Source: Macrostomum lignano
Taxonomy: Eukaryota
Assembly: GCA_002269645.1 (NCBI GenBank)
Contig: NIVC01000173.1
Coordinates: 744,001-808,000, forward strand
DNA: 64,000 bases
Direction of reading: 5' to 3'
Part shown: piece after piece, positions 46,457 to 63,110 of the stretch
Layout of the letters: each line of letters starts with the position of its first letter
Position numbering within the stretch: the stretch's first letter is position 1
The notes under the pieces: generated by a model
Databases searched by the model: none
The model's input: only the letters and a program-made list of their open reading frames with translations
Told to the model about the DNA's origin: nothing
Made by a program: the position numbers and the translations under genes

Positions 46457-47215
46457 CAGATTGTCCCTAAATCTTAGGCGCCCTATCTCTATTACCTAAT
46501 TCCCCATGAAGCAATCAATCCTTCACGCTAGCATTCCCTACTAGCCACTAGAATTCCCCATAGCGCACTAAGTTCTCCAGGCAACTCTAATCCACTGCAA
46601 AGCCTTTACTTACCTTCCCCTTTTCTATTATTTCCCTGGACTGAGTAGACAGTGTCTTGCTGCTCGGACACTATGTTACCAGGAGCAACCCTAGGCTTAC
46701 TGTTTATAATAAAAAAACTAAGATTATTCCCATTCTAAGAAAGTCCCAACATAATTTCCCGACCCTTACAACAAATTTAGTAGTAGCAATGCAAACCAAA
46801 GAGGCCTATAGCTAAGTGGTAGCTAAGCAGTAGGATCAAACCATCATTAATAAACACTCCTATGATATAATAGACCATAAACAACTTAGGCCAGAATAAC
46901 AAGAAGAATGCTACTAGAATAATAGTAAGAATGCTACTAAAATAACAGTGAAAATACTACTAGAATAACAATAAGAATGCTACCTAACCTATGAGAACTT
47001 AATTAATACTCAGATCTATACTTAGACTTATGCTTAAAATAAATATGTAGACTTATACTAAGAATAGGCCCTAATTCTCAGACTAGGCCTAATACTTATA
47101 ACCAATTCTAAGAAAAGAGGTTTAGCCTTAATTAGTACAACTTGGTAACAGCTTTTAGGATACTTATAAGGTGAGAAGCAGCATCCTTACTATAACTTTG
47201 GTGGCAATAGCATCA
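45970..47215 (+). mobile_element. Decayed LTR-retrotransposon LTR/PBS junction relics (tRNA-Leu-type PBS)
   Basis: TAGTACAACCT-TGGTGACATAACGGTGGGATTC (46048-46080), TAGTACAACTT-TGGTGTCAGCGGTTGAGATT (46102-46132), TGGTGGCAGC (45973), TGGTAACAGC (47143) and TGGTGGCAATAG (47199). These resemble TGGTG(G/T)CAGCGGTGGGATTC, the complement of the 3' end of metazoan tRNA-Leu. Confidence 0.55.
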
Positions 47216-49155
47216 GTAAAAATAGTTTTTTAGAAGATAAAACAGTAGGCCTAGGCCTAACTACTACCACAAAATGAATATCAAAAAACCATTTTCCTTT
47301 GTTATCTTAAATTTATTTTCTCAATAGGCTTTGTCTTTCAATTTTATTGTATAGTATAGTATAGGCCTATAATAAATATATTACCTAAGCGTAAGGCTTA
47401 GTCAATAGTCTCGATACTAACAACAATAGTGTAGGGCCTATCATCAGGTAGGCCTAATCAAATTATTAAACAATATGTCAATGTATAGTAAGATAAATTT
47501 AATTTATCAATACAGTTGACAAGTTAGATGTTGACAAATTTGGTGGCACCCCAAACTTTCCACCAAAAAATAATAATAACAATCAATCAACCCTTATATT
47601 ATTAGGTAACAATCAACCCTAATATTAGACCTAGGCCTAATAATATTAATAGGATAGGCCTAGGCCTAACCAATTTGTTATTTGTTACATTTTTATAACT
47701 AGCCATAAAAATAGTAGTAGGCCTAGTTCAAGTTATATTTACAGCTCAGTTGTAAAAACAGAAAAAATTGCTATTGGGCAAACAAAGTATAGGCCTAATA
47801 TTACAAAAAAGTTAAAACAATTTTTTGAGGCATTGGAGGAATAATAACAGACAACAATATTAAGGCAGAGTGCTTAACCCAAAGGCAAAATTTGAGGCTA
47901 AACCTCATTCTGCGTGGAAAACCAAGTCAAATTCTGATGCTGCGTTATAATATAGATTATAGTATAAGTTTTGTTTGCACATAGGTCCTATCCCATGCCA
48001 TAGGCCTAAGATATAAACAATTTAGAATTTTAAATGCAGGTTTCCCGCACTAAACTAATCGAAGCAGAAATAGGCCTAAAAAAATAAAATTCAATAAAAA
48101 TATAAAGTCAAATTTATGTAATATTGTTATTATCAAAATTGTCTCATTTTTTGCCTAACGCGCACTTTCGTCGCTCTTAGCTCAAGACTAAAATACCTAA
48201 CCAACCAAACCTAACCAACGCCTGAAGTTATAAATTTACTTTTAACATGACATGACGTCGAATTAAGAAGCTTCTTGGAGTTAAAGTCTGTAAATTGGTT
48301 TTTTAAATACTGATTGCAGCTTAAATTAGTGTAAACTATCGAAAACTAATAGAGTTTAATAAAGTACCTTGCTTTAACATTTCAAGCAAGTCAACAACAC
48401 CGTGGGCAGTTTTTAAGTCGGTTTAAGAATCCTAACAAAGTATACAGTAATTAGCTTTAAATATGATCTTTTCTGTAAAAAATAAAATGTATACAGAATA
48501 GCTTTATTGTTATAAAAAGTTAAACGCCTTTTAACGTTTTATAGCTGAATTTGTATTTTCCTAACTTTTTTAATTTACATATTCGTTTGAAATTCTGAAG
48601 TTTTGAATTCGGATGCTCGAAAATACACACAATGAATTTTATACCGACTTGTTGTTCTTGCTATTGTTTTTTATCGTGCATTTACGTACTTCGTTTCCCT
48701 TTTTTATTTCCATTTATACTGTAAAAGTATAATTACTTACTTTTAATTACTTTTTCAGGGGCCTGTACCTCAAGCATTTAAATTCGTTTAAATACAACAG
48801 TCAACACAACAGATTTATCACAAAACAAAAATACAAGGACCACTGTATACAAGTGGTGTTTACACTGTATGCAACAGTGGTCCTTGCAAAAGTATATAGA
48901 ATAGCCTGAATAGGCCACTTTTACAGATTAACTCCTATCAGTCTATCACAAGGTCAAACTAGGCTGTTCAGCTGTAGCCACTCACACATATTACTAGGCC
49001 TACTACTATTACTTTTAATCTAATTCTGTCCATTTTGAAGGAAGGAAGTAGTATAATTTCCATTTTATAGTAGACCTAGGCCTTTATCAGTATGAATTTT
49101 ATAATATATTGTAACATTAGAATGTAATATAGGCCCTAGGCCTAGGTCTAATGGC

Positions 49156-51536
49156 AATTGTCAAGTTCCATTCATTAAATTATTTTGACTCTAGAAAAGT
49201 ATGGTACAAACTATTTTAAGTACAAACAGCTATTTTTAAGAGACTTGGGCTTAATTAGGCACTAATTTTATGCTTCAAAACTTGTTCGGCCTATTATATA
49301 TTTAACACTGAAAGCTACAATATAGTCTATGGTTAAAACGTTAACAAGTGAACAAGTCTTAACAGAAACAAATAAAAATTATTATTGTCTATGGTCAAAC
49401 TGTCAATGAATAGCAAAAGCTTTATATATTATAGTAGTAGGAAATCCATGATAGGATATTCCAAAATGGCTTTGCTGGGTTTAGTTGATGCCATAATTCC
49501 TCTAAGTGTTTCAAATAGGGCATGTGAAGTCCCATGCATAGGGCGCAGCCCATAGTCAGGATCATGGCAGGGGTACACCAGAATAAAAAGTCAGTAAGAA
49601 AAGTGGTATGCTGTGTATGCTGAGATTAGAACCCGATGGTATGCCGATGGACCAGGGAGGGGGGTAGGGGTAGCAGTGCACGTGAAGAATTAGAAGTTAA
49701 CAAAGATTTCAAGGAACACCCTTACACATATATAATTTTGTCTAAATGGTAACCACTATCAATTAATATTCATAATTTTGTACAATTCTTTCAACAATGG
49801 CATATACAAAGTTGAAAAATAGGCCCTAGTACAAATACAAACATAGTAAAAAATGTTCCTATATTTATTCAGGCAACTCAGAGTCAGTCTGGTTGTAGTG
49901 GTAGCAGCCAACAAATAGGCACCGAGGCTTGCTTTTGGCATGCCTATCAACGACCTTGCTCACATTGTAGGTTGTGGCACGTCTCTTCAGGTCATAAAAA
50001 ATGGCCCATGGTATGCAATAAGGCCGTGTTCAGTATTTCTGGTAAAAAATGTGGGCAGCTTCTTTTAAAATACTCTATCTCCAGTGTTTTGATGGATGGC
50101 AGCATCCACCAAAGCTTCAAACAAAGTGCAAGTGTCTCGTTGGACTGCTGCTGCTGGGAGTGCATTGTTGAGTAAAATGTTTCTATAATGGCTTATAAAA
50201 TTGTTTTGATTATATTTTAGTAACTTAAAGACACTAATTTGATGCTCTAGTCTCTAGATATATAACAACTCACCAGTGCCACTCCTGTGTAATGCAAAAT
50301 CCAAGAGGTGGCATGCAAAGTGACCAGCAGCTCCAAATATTTTGGCATCTATGTACAAGGAATGATAAATGGCAGTGTCGTTCAGGTGTACTTGCTGCCG
50401 GTGCCCAGACTCTTTTGTAATGTCAAAAAGAGTTGCAAGTTCGCACTTAGAGTCCTCGCTCCTGCAAGCCAACACTGCAAGGATAGGCTCCATTATTGCC
50501 AGAGTCAGCCAGGTCTCGTGCCCAGTGCCGGACTTAAATGCGTTGTGCAGGCAGCTTATGTAGAATTCCATGTACTTTCTCGATAGCAGAGCATTCAGCT
50601 GCAGATAATTGGAGCGCACCACCTGCTGAACCAGACGCTGAGCCGCAATAGACGTGGTGTATTGCTCAATGCTGAGGTCCAGATTGTTGGACGTCAGTAG
50701 AAACAGCACCTCACCCACATCCATCACGGTGGAGTCGGCAGCCACAGCATTATTGCAGGTTGCAAATCAATTCCTCAGGCTATTGCAAAGTGCGCCAGCA
50801 AGATTGACTATAGATTGATACAGGTTAATGTATTCACTATCACAATATTACAAAGTAGTTAACATTACAAAATTTATTAAAACGGAAGTTTAAAATAATG
50901 TAAAAGTCAAACTTTAACAAAGTTTTCATTTGTGTTAAAATTTTAATGACTTTAATGAAAGAAAATTAGCACCAGAAAAAACATTTTTTCTTTCCTTTTC
51001 AGTTTAAAAAAACAGTTTTTAAAATAAATTTTATGCATCAGGATTCAGGATATTGTGGGTGGGCAGGGCCCCACGCCTAAGGTGGTGTGGCATACAATTG
51101 TGTGTTGTGGCATGACATTGCATGCCATAGGGTCCTTTCTCTAAACCATGGTACACTGTGTATGCCAAAATTGGCCCAAAATTTCCCTGTGTACGCCGGA
51201 ATTTTCCTAGTAAAATGCTATCTTCCTGACTATGGGGCGCAGCATAGCCTTGCTAAATTTAGGACTTAACTTTTTGTTATTGTTATTTGTCAACTTTTTA
51301 AAGATCATTGATATTTAAACTTGACCATAGACCTTTTTCAAGTTGAAAAATATACTAATGTTCTGGCCATAAACTATTGTAGCTTTCTAGGGTCAAATAT
51401 ATTATAACAAGTTTTGAAGCATCAAATTAGTGCTTAATCAGGCTTAAGTCTCTTAAAAGTATTTATTTATACTTAAAACAGTTCATAGATTATTTTTCTA
51501 GAGTCTAAATAATTTAACAAATGAAACTTGACAATT
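49156..51536. mobile_element. Old element with long diverged inverted arms enclosing a decayed spliced gene
   Basis: 49156-49330 (AATTGTCAAG...GACTCTAGAAAA...TTTTAAGAGACTT...ATGCTTCAAAACTTGTT...GAAAGCTACAAT) aligns to the reverse complement of about 51360-51536. A second inverted match is CCCATAGTCAGGA (49549) / TCCTGACTATGGG (51224). Confidence 0.65.
49860..50760 (-). pseudogene. Decayed two-exon coding relic inside the long-IR element (possible transposase remnant)
   Basis: The 163-codon open frame 50745-50254 contains a GTGAGT donor near 50270. An ATTATAG acceptor near 50183 continues in phase as ETFYSTMHSQQQQSNETLALCLKLWWMLPSIK...MGHF, then needs a frameshift to continue as YDLKRRATTYNVSKVVDRHAKSKPRCLFVGC. 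Confidence 0.5.
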
Positions 51537-52040
51537 ATCTAATATTAAGTTAGTAGCTTGTATTTTTTATATTAGAACAAACAAACTATTGTCTACTATA
51601 ATGGTCATTAATTATATATTTTAGGCCTAATGAGTATCTTATACTATATAAACAGTCCATAAGAAATTATATCATTTGTCAAATTAAAATTAGATTTAAT
51701 ATTAGTGTTCTAACTATAGCTATAGGAACTACGGGAATATGGTAATATTGGGGTCCCTATGGCTATGGAATAAAGAAAATTAGAATAAGCCATAGTTTTG
51801 CTTACAGCTAGGCCTATAATTACAATACATGGACTCTTTTTACAGCAGAACACTATCTAAGATTCTAATAAAATTATTGGTTTAAATAATTTATTGTCAA
51901 CATATTTTTTATACTTATATAGTCACATCAATATCTTTTAAGAGAATTTTAATATGTTATACTTTTTTATTATACCTTTAGCTTCTATTTAAGACTTTTA
52001 AACACTAAGATTTAAAATAAGTTTTATTATGACTGAGTTA

Positions 52041-52216
52041 CGAGGGGTGTCTTAAAAGTTGGTGCACTTTCTTCACTACAGCCTTTTTGACCAATCAGAA
52101 ATATTAAGTCTGTTGCAGTTGAAAAGAGAATTATCTGCCCATTAAAATGACTTTCTGTTTATTTCTATATCTGCTGGCATTCTTGAGATATGAGCACTTT
52201 TCTGTCCCACCTCCTG
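52041..52216. mobile_element. Tc1/mariner-like MITE remnant
   Basis: TA|CGAGGGGTGTCTTAAAAGT at the left end and the degenerate inverted ACTTTTCTGTCCCACCTCCTG at the right end. Confidence 0.35.
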
Positions 52217-52289
52217 TGCTACTTTTACAAATTGCCATAGACCAAAGATTTGTACCTGATGCATGAAACAACAAAACATTCATGCTTGG

Positions 52290-52447
52290 GCGCAACCTTG
52301 GGATTCACTCGGCCGTTTCTATTGGCAACACACACATGTAAGTCGCTATTGGACAGAATAGTAGTCACATGACTGCTCTCAGCCAATAGCGACTTACATG
52401 TGTGTGTGTTGCCAATAGAAACGGCTGGGTGATTCCCAAAGTTGCGC
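52290..52447. repeat. Near-perfect 158-bp palindrome (foldback/MITE-like)
   Basis: GCGCAACCTTGGGATTCACTCGGCCGTTTCTATTGGCAACACACACATGTAAGTCGCTATTGG is mirrored by CCAATAGCGACTTACATGTGTGTGTGTTGCCAATAGAAACGGCTGGGTGATTCCCAAAGTTGCGC. The centre GTAGTCACATGACTGC is also palindromic. Confidence 0.9.
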
Positions 52448-53293
52448 ATGTATGAACACATTCAACAAATCAACAAAACATTTGCAACATCAAAGCTGAG
52501 GAAAGAACAGTTAAAAGTTAATCAACATTGTCCTGAGGCTTCTCCACATAATCACTACTGGGTGCGCTGCACTCTAAGCAGGTATCCCTAAATAATAGAA
52601 CCCCCAAATAGCAAATATCCTTCAAATAGAGATAGCTAGCCTTTTCTAATAGCAAACATTCCCCCATTTGAGCAAATGAATTACTATAAAAATGAGCAAG
52701 TATAATATTGTAATTTTTGCATTTCGTTGTTCATTTTTAGTATTAAAATTTTATACTTTTATATATTATTTTAATGCATTATGTTTTATGCCATATTGTT
52801 GGGTCATTTTTGTGGGTGTGTCATATTTGTTAGCCATATATATATCTAAAATGGCTATTAATATGGCTAAAGAAATATTTTTTTATTTTAGCAAGTATTG
52901 CAAAATAGAGCTTTATTAATTTTTTTAATCATACTTGTGAAACCAGAGGTTCTACATGCATGTTTTAAATCAATATAAAAGGAATTATAAAGTTTTCAAT
53001 ATTTAAAGCAAAGATAATACTCAATTTTTTTTAATACATGAAAGCACTTTGAAATCTTTAAAGTATATATAAAAAGAGTTTAAAACATTTAAAGAGTATT
53101 TTTAATCTATTTAGCCTCAAGAAAAATCTCTTGGTTTTAAAATGTTAGCTTCCAATAATGACAGCAGTTTTTTATACATTTTACATCAATTTTATTAGCT
53201 TATTTGCTTTGCTCAATTAGGTGTCAACTTTTGTAATAGTTTTTCTATCAATGAATGTAAATTTAAAGTTATTATTTGGATAATGTTGCATGA

Positions 53294-58623
<5,330 letters not shown>

Positions 58624-58854
58624 TATATTTTCTCTTGTTTTAATAACCGAATTCTAAGTTTTTAATTCAATGTGGCTATGGGGGTTGGCGCTATCTATTT
58701 TAGTAGTTTAATTGGTTCAATCCTAATGGCTATTTGTTATTTTTTATTAGTGCAACATCAACGCAGATTGCACTTGTTAGGTCTCAACGTGAAATGGATT
58801 ACGGTTTGAAAAATTGTCCTAATTGTTAATAATCGCTCCGGCACCCGGTAAGTG

Positions 58855-59090
58855 CGAGCGTACTTTATTCGTACGCGCGTACTTTGATAAAAAGTACATG
58901 CGTACTGATAGTGCATGCATACCTTAAAAGTACATGTGTACTGGTATAGTACATGCATACCTTAAGAGAACATGCGTACTAATATAGTACATGCGTACTG
59001 ATATAGTACATGCATAACTTAAAAGTACATGCATACTGATATAGTACATAGCTACTTTATAAGTACATTTGTACTTTTAGTACGCGCGTA
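58855..59090. repeat. Degenerate AGTACATGC(G/A)TAC repeat cluster downstream of USP7
   Basis: Seen directly; bounded by GTACGCGCGTAC palindromes near 58870 and 59080. Confidence 0.7.
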
Positions 59091-59835
59091 CTCTGTTTCA
59101 ACTTTGTCTGTCGCCCCCAGTAGTGTTGAAATTATTACTTTGCGCCGATCAGCTCACTATCAGCTTTTTTAACTTGAATGTTTTCTGTAGCAACAGCCCA
59201 GCATTAGAAATTAGAGCAGAATATCCGCAGGCACTTAAATCCTTTATAATTATTTTATTGACGCTGACTAAAATATGTGCATCTTGTGTCCGTTTCTTTG
59301 TTGTTTGACATTATTTAAATGCCTAGTTGGCAGCCTGTTGTGTCGCCCTTATTGCTTTCTTGTTTGTGTTTGCAAGGCAGATGTTGACGGGAACTTCTGC
59401 AGTGTTAAAATTGTCCCTAAACTAAATAAAAATAATTGTATTCATTGGCCCTTTAAAGTTTTTTAAATACCAGATCATATGTCTGAAACACCGTCATTCT
59501 TGCAGTGCACCGGTTCAATGTTAAATCGCCCCCCTCTCCGTTCTAAAATGTCCATTGGTGTTTTTCAATTGAATAAATAATTATTAATATTCAGCTTGGT
59601 CGCTCGCAATTCTTAACTTTGTGTCACATCAATTTAACAATGTCAAAAATATTGATAGACAGACAGAATTTGAGCAGAATGGTACAATACAGATTCGATA
59701 TATGTGATCTTATTGTCAATTAATAATGTTAATTATTTTACCAATATTAGAATGCATATATATTTATCCCAAATCCCAGCTCTGTAATCTTTCACTTTTT
59801 GTTCACTTTGCTTTAACTTTGCCTGTCATTTGTTC

Positions 59836-59857
59836 CCTGTCTGTCTGTCTGTCTGTC

Positions 59858-59890
<33 letters not shown>

Positions 59891-59945
59891 GTATGTCTGT
59901 CTGTCTGTCTCTGTATGTCTGTCTGTCTGTCTGTCTGTCTTTGTT

Positions 59946-59982
<37 letters not shown>

Positions 59983-60021
59983 ATGTCTGTCTGTCTGTCT
60001 TTCTGTCTGTCTGTCTTTGTT

Positions 60022-60088
<67 letters not shown>

Positions 60089-60143
60089 GTATGTCTGTCT
60101 GTCTGTCTCTGTATGTCTGTCTGTCTGTCCGTCTGTCTTTGTT

Positions 60144-60214
<71 letters not shown>

Positions 60215-60255
60215 GTATGTCTGTCTGTCTGTCTTTCTGTCTGTCTGTCTTTGTT

Positions 60256-60304
<49 letters not shown>

Positions 60305-60325
60305 GTCTGTCTGTCTGTCTGTCTG

Positions 60326-60389
<64 letters not shown>
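59836..60389. repeat. Degenerate (GTCT)n microsatellite
   Basis: Seen directly in the sequence. Confidence 0.95.
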
Positions 60390-60390
<1 letters not shown>

Positions 60391-61009
60391 TCTGCTTGTA
60401 TATAACAGTGCTGTATTGGCATTGATGTGAGAGCAGCCTATTTCTGGTGTTCTCTGCTACCAGCCTCTCTACCCGACCTCGAGATCTGGCCCGGTATATT
60501 GTGCGTATGTACATCTTTTTGAAGCTAATAATATTCTATTATTATCCTAGCCTGGTTTTTTTTTAATTTTATTTTTCTAACTCTATATAAAAAGTAATTT
60601 ATAATGACTTATAATTTCGTCATCTGTTGCATTAATATTCAGAAGTTGGAAGAATTGCTTATTTCCAAAGTTGCTATTCAATTGAGTTTGGTTATGTTCA
60701 CTGGTCCCCCGGCCTAACAAAATAATACCTTATTTGTTATAATTTGTGTTTTAAGGCTTGCTGGCTTTGTCAAAAGGCTTAATATTTGTATCCATAAGAA
60801 AGCTGTTCTAGTGTGTGTGGCTTTCTAGATGATTCAGTTATATAAAAAAATAACAACATGTCATATAATATTGATAATATATAAATATTATATGCAATTT
60901 TAATGTCTTCTTTGTTCTCAAAAATATATTCCACAGCAAACTGACTGTGTCTCCTACAATAAATCACATAGTAAAAGAAGCACTTTTCCTGCCTTTGTCT
61001 AATGCTTTC

Positions 61010-61244
61010 CTGTCGTTCACGATTCACGGGCCACGGCTGTTCAGTCCAAGGACTGGGGGGTCGCCACACACACCCTCAACTACCCCAGCTAATGCTGGCA
61101 CCCATTTTACAGCTGGGTGAACTGAAGCAATGCAGAGTTAATTGTCTTGCTCAAGGGCACAAATGGTTCCGAGTGGGTAGAGAATCGAACCCCCGACCTT
61201 CCAGTTGTGAGTCCGAGGCTCTAAATCACTAAGCTGCAACCGCC
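61010..61244 (-). mobile_element. tRNA-derived CORE-type SINE
   Basis: The minus strand reads GGCGGTTGCAGCTTAGTGATTTAGAG (A-box-like), then GGGTTCGATTC (B-box), then GTGCCCTTGAGCAAGACAATTAACTCTGCATTGCTTCAGTTCACCCAGCTGTAAAATGGG. That last segment closely resembles the MIR/CORE domain as I recall it. The 3' limit is approximate. Confidence 0.75.
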
Positions 61245-61310
61245 GTAAAGACGGTCTCCTACTGTGAGGACACTCAATTAAAGAGATTGGAACAACAACA
61301 AATTTTTAGG
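61242..61310 (+). ncRNA. Spliced-leader (SL)-like sequence lacking the splice donor; SL pseudogene, SL-derived retroposon or SL-related small RNA
   Basis: GCCGTAAAGACGGTCTCCTACTGTGAGGACACTCAATT compared with the Macrostomum lignano SL as I recall it (GCCGTAAAGACGGTCTCTTACTGCGAAGACTCAATTTATTGCATG): the first 17 nt are identical, then 3 substitutions and a 2-nt insertion. Hairpin GCCGT-AAAG-ACGGT. Followed by AACAACAACAA and the Sm-like AAATTTTTAGG. Confidence 0.55.
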
Positions 61311-62065
61311 AAGCTTTAATGATGCTCAAAAACATCTTTTTGAAGACAGAGATGATTACTATGAATCTCATTCTTTTTTTATAAAATTAACAGAAAAACA
61401 GTAAATTTCCTTGTCCATCAGGGGTGCAAATTTGGAAGCACAATTTCCTCTTTTGCCTGTAGACACAATATGTTTTGCTGCCTGGTTCTACCTGACTATA
61501 AGTTCTGTATTGCACTCTGATACAGTGGATCCCAAATCTTTGTATTAACAGTATTTCTTAGATTCTTAGTCATGATCTGCAAGCGAATTGCAGCCAAATT
61601 TGCGTTGATGTTTGCGAATTCAATTATTTTGTTGTAAGTACATATATTTGATATACACCTAGGCAGTAGCAAATGCAGGGGAGGGGGCTTTGCTGGCTGG
61701 AGCCAAGGACGACTAAAGTAACGAATACTAGTATATAGGACGCAAGACTCAACTTTCGTGGAAAATTCGTTGGAGGCCTCCAATGAAATTCTCACCAATT
61801 CTGAGTTTTGCATCCTTCTACTTAAGTAGTCCTTGGCTGGAGCCCCCATTTACCCCAGAAAAGCCATTTTTGTGGGCACATGAACCCCTAAAAAGGTCAT
61901 TAAAAATGTCTATCTAAAAAAGTCATTCGACACGCAGACTTGTCAAGTTAAGCTCCTGTTTCTGCTACTGCACCTATGCTAGGTTTTATAGTAGAGAACT
62001 CATAAGCCTGAAAATTTACACAAGGCGCGAAAAATTGCATACCCCCTCGCGCCGAACACTGCCAC

Positions 62066-62871
62066 AGATAGCAAGCACCCCCCCAGATAGCAAGCACCCC
62101 CCAGATAGCAAGCATCCCCCAGATAGCAAGCATCCCCCAGATAGCAAGCATCCCCCAGATAGCAAGCATCCCCCAGATAGCAAGCATCCACCAGATAGCA
62201 AGCATCCCCCAGATAGCAAGCATCCCCCAGATAGCAAGCATCCCCCAGATAGCAAGCATCCTTCAGATAGCAAGCATCCCCCCGATAGCAAGCATCCACC
62301 GAGATAACAAGCATCCCCCAGATAGCAAGCATCCCTAAATAGCAAGCATCCCCCAGATAGCAAGCATCCACCCAGATAGCAAGCATCCCCCAGATAGCAA
62401 GAATCCACCAGATAGCAAGCATCCCCCAGATAGCAAGCATCCCCCAGATAGCAAGCATCCTTCAGATAGCAAGCATCCCCCCGATAGCAAGCATCCACCG
62501 AGATAACAAGCATCCCCCAGATAGCAAGCATCCCTAAATAGCAAGCATCCCCCAGATAGCAAGCATCCACCAGATAGCAAGCATCCCCCAGATAGCAAGC
62601 ATCCCCCAGATAGCAAGAATCCCTAAATAGCAAGCATCCCCCAGATAGCAAGCATCCCCCAGATAGCAAGCATCCACCCAGATAGCAAGCATCCCCCAGA
62701 TAGCAAGCATCCCCCAGATAGCAAGCATCCCCCAGATAGCAAGCATCCCCCAGATAGCAAGCATCCACCCATATAGCAAGCATCCCCCAGATAGCAAGAA
62801 TCCCCCAGATAGCAAGAATCCCCCAAATAGCAAGCATCCCCTAAATAGCAAGCATCCCTACATCCCTGGAT
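62066..62871 (-). repeat. 19-bp minisatellite (CAGATAGCAAGCATCCCCC), inverted relative of 20811-21560
   Basis: Seen directly in the sequence. Confidence 0.95.
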
Positions 62872-63110
62872 TCATCAATTTCTTCAGTTTCCATTTCCAT
62901 TACGGTTACATAAAAACTGGCATTGAAACGAGTTTTGTTACCCAAATGGTTTTTGTAAACTCTTTCGCTTCGCATTGGAGAGCAAAATGTCTCAGAAAAG
63001 AATGGAAATTAGCCTTTGCGCGAAATTGTACACAGAATTGCAAACACGAGAAGCAGAGAGCAGAGAAGGCTCGCTTATCTTCTGTGTCTCGCCTTTTTTC
63101 TCTCTCACAG

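Noticed and set aside
61419-61890. Possible hAT MITE (CAGGGGT...ACCCCTA)
   Set aside because: Only 6-7 bp of terminal match and the flanks do not form a TSD.
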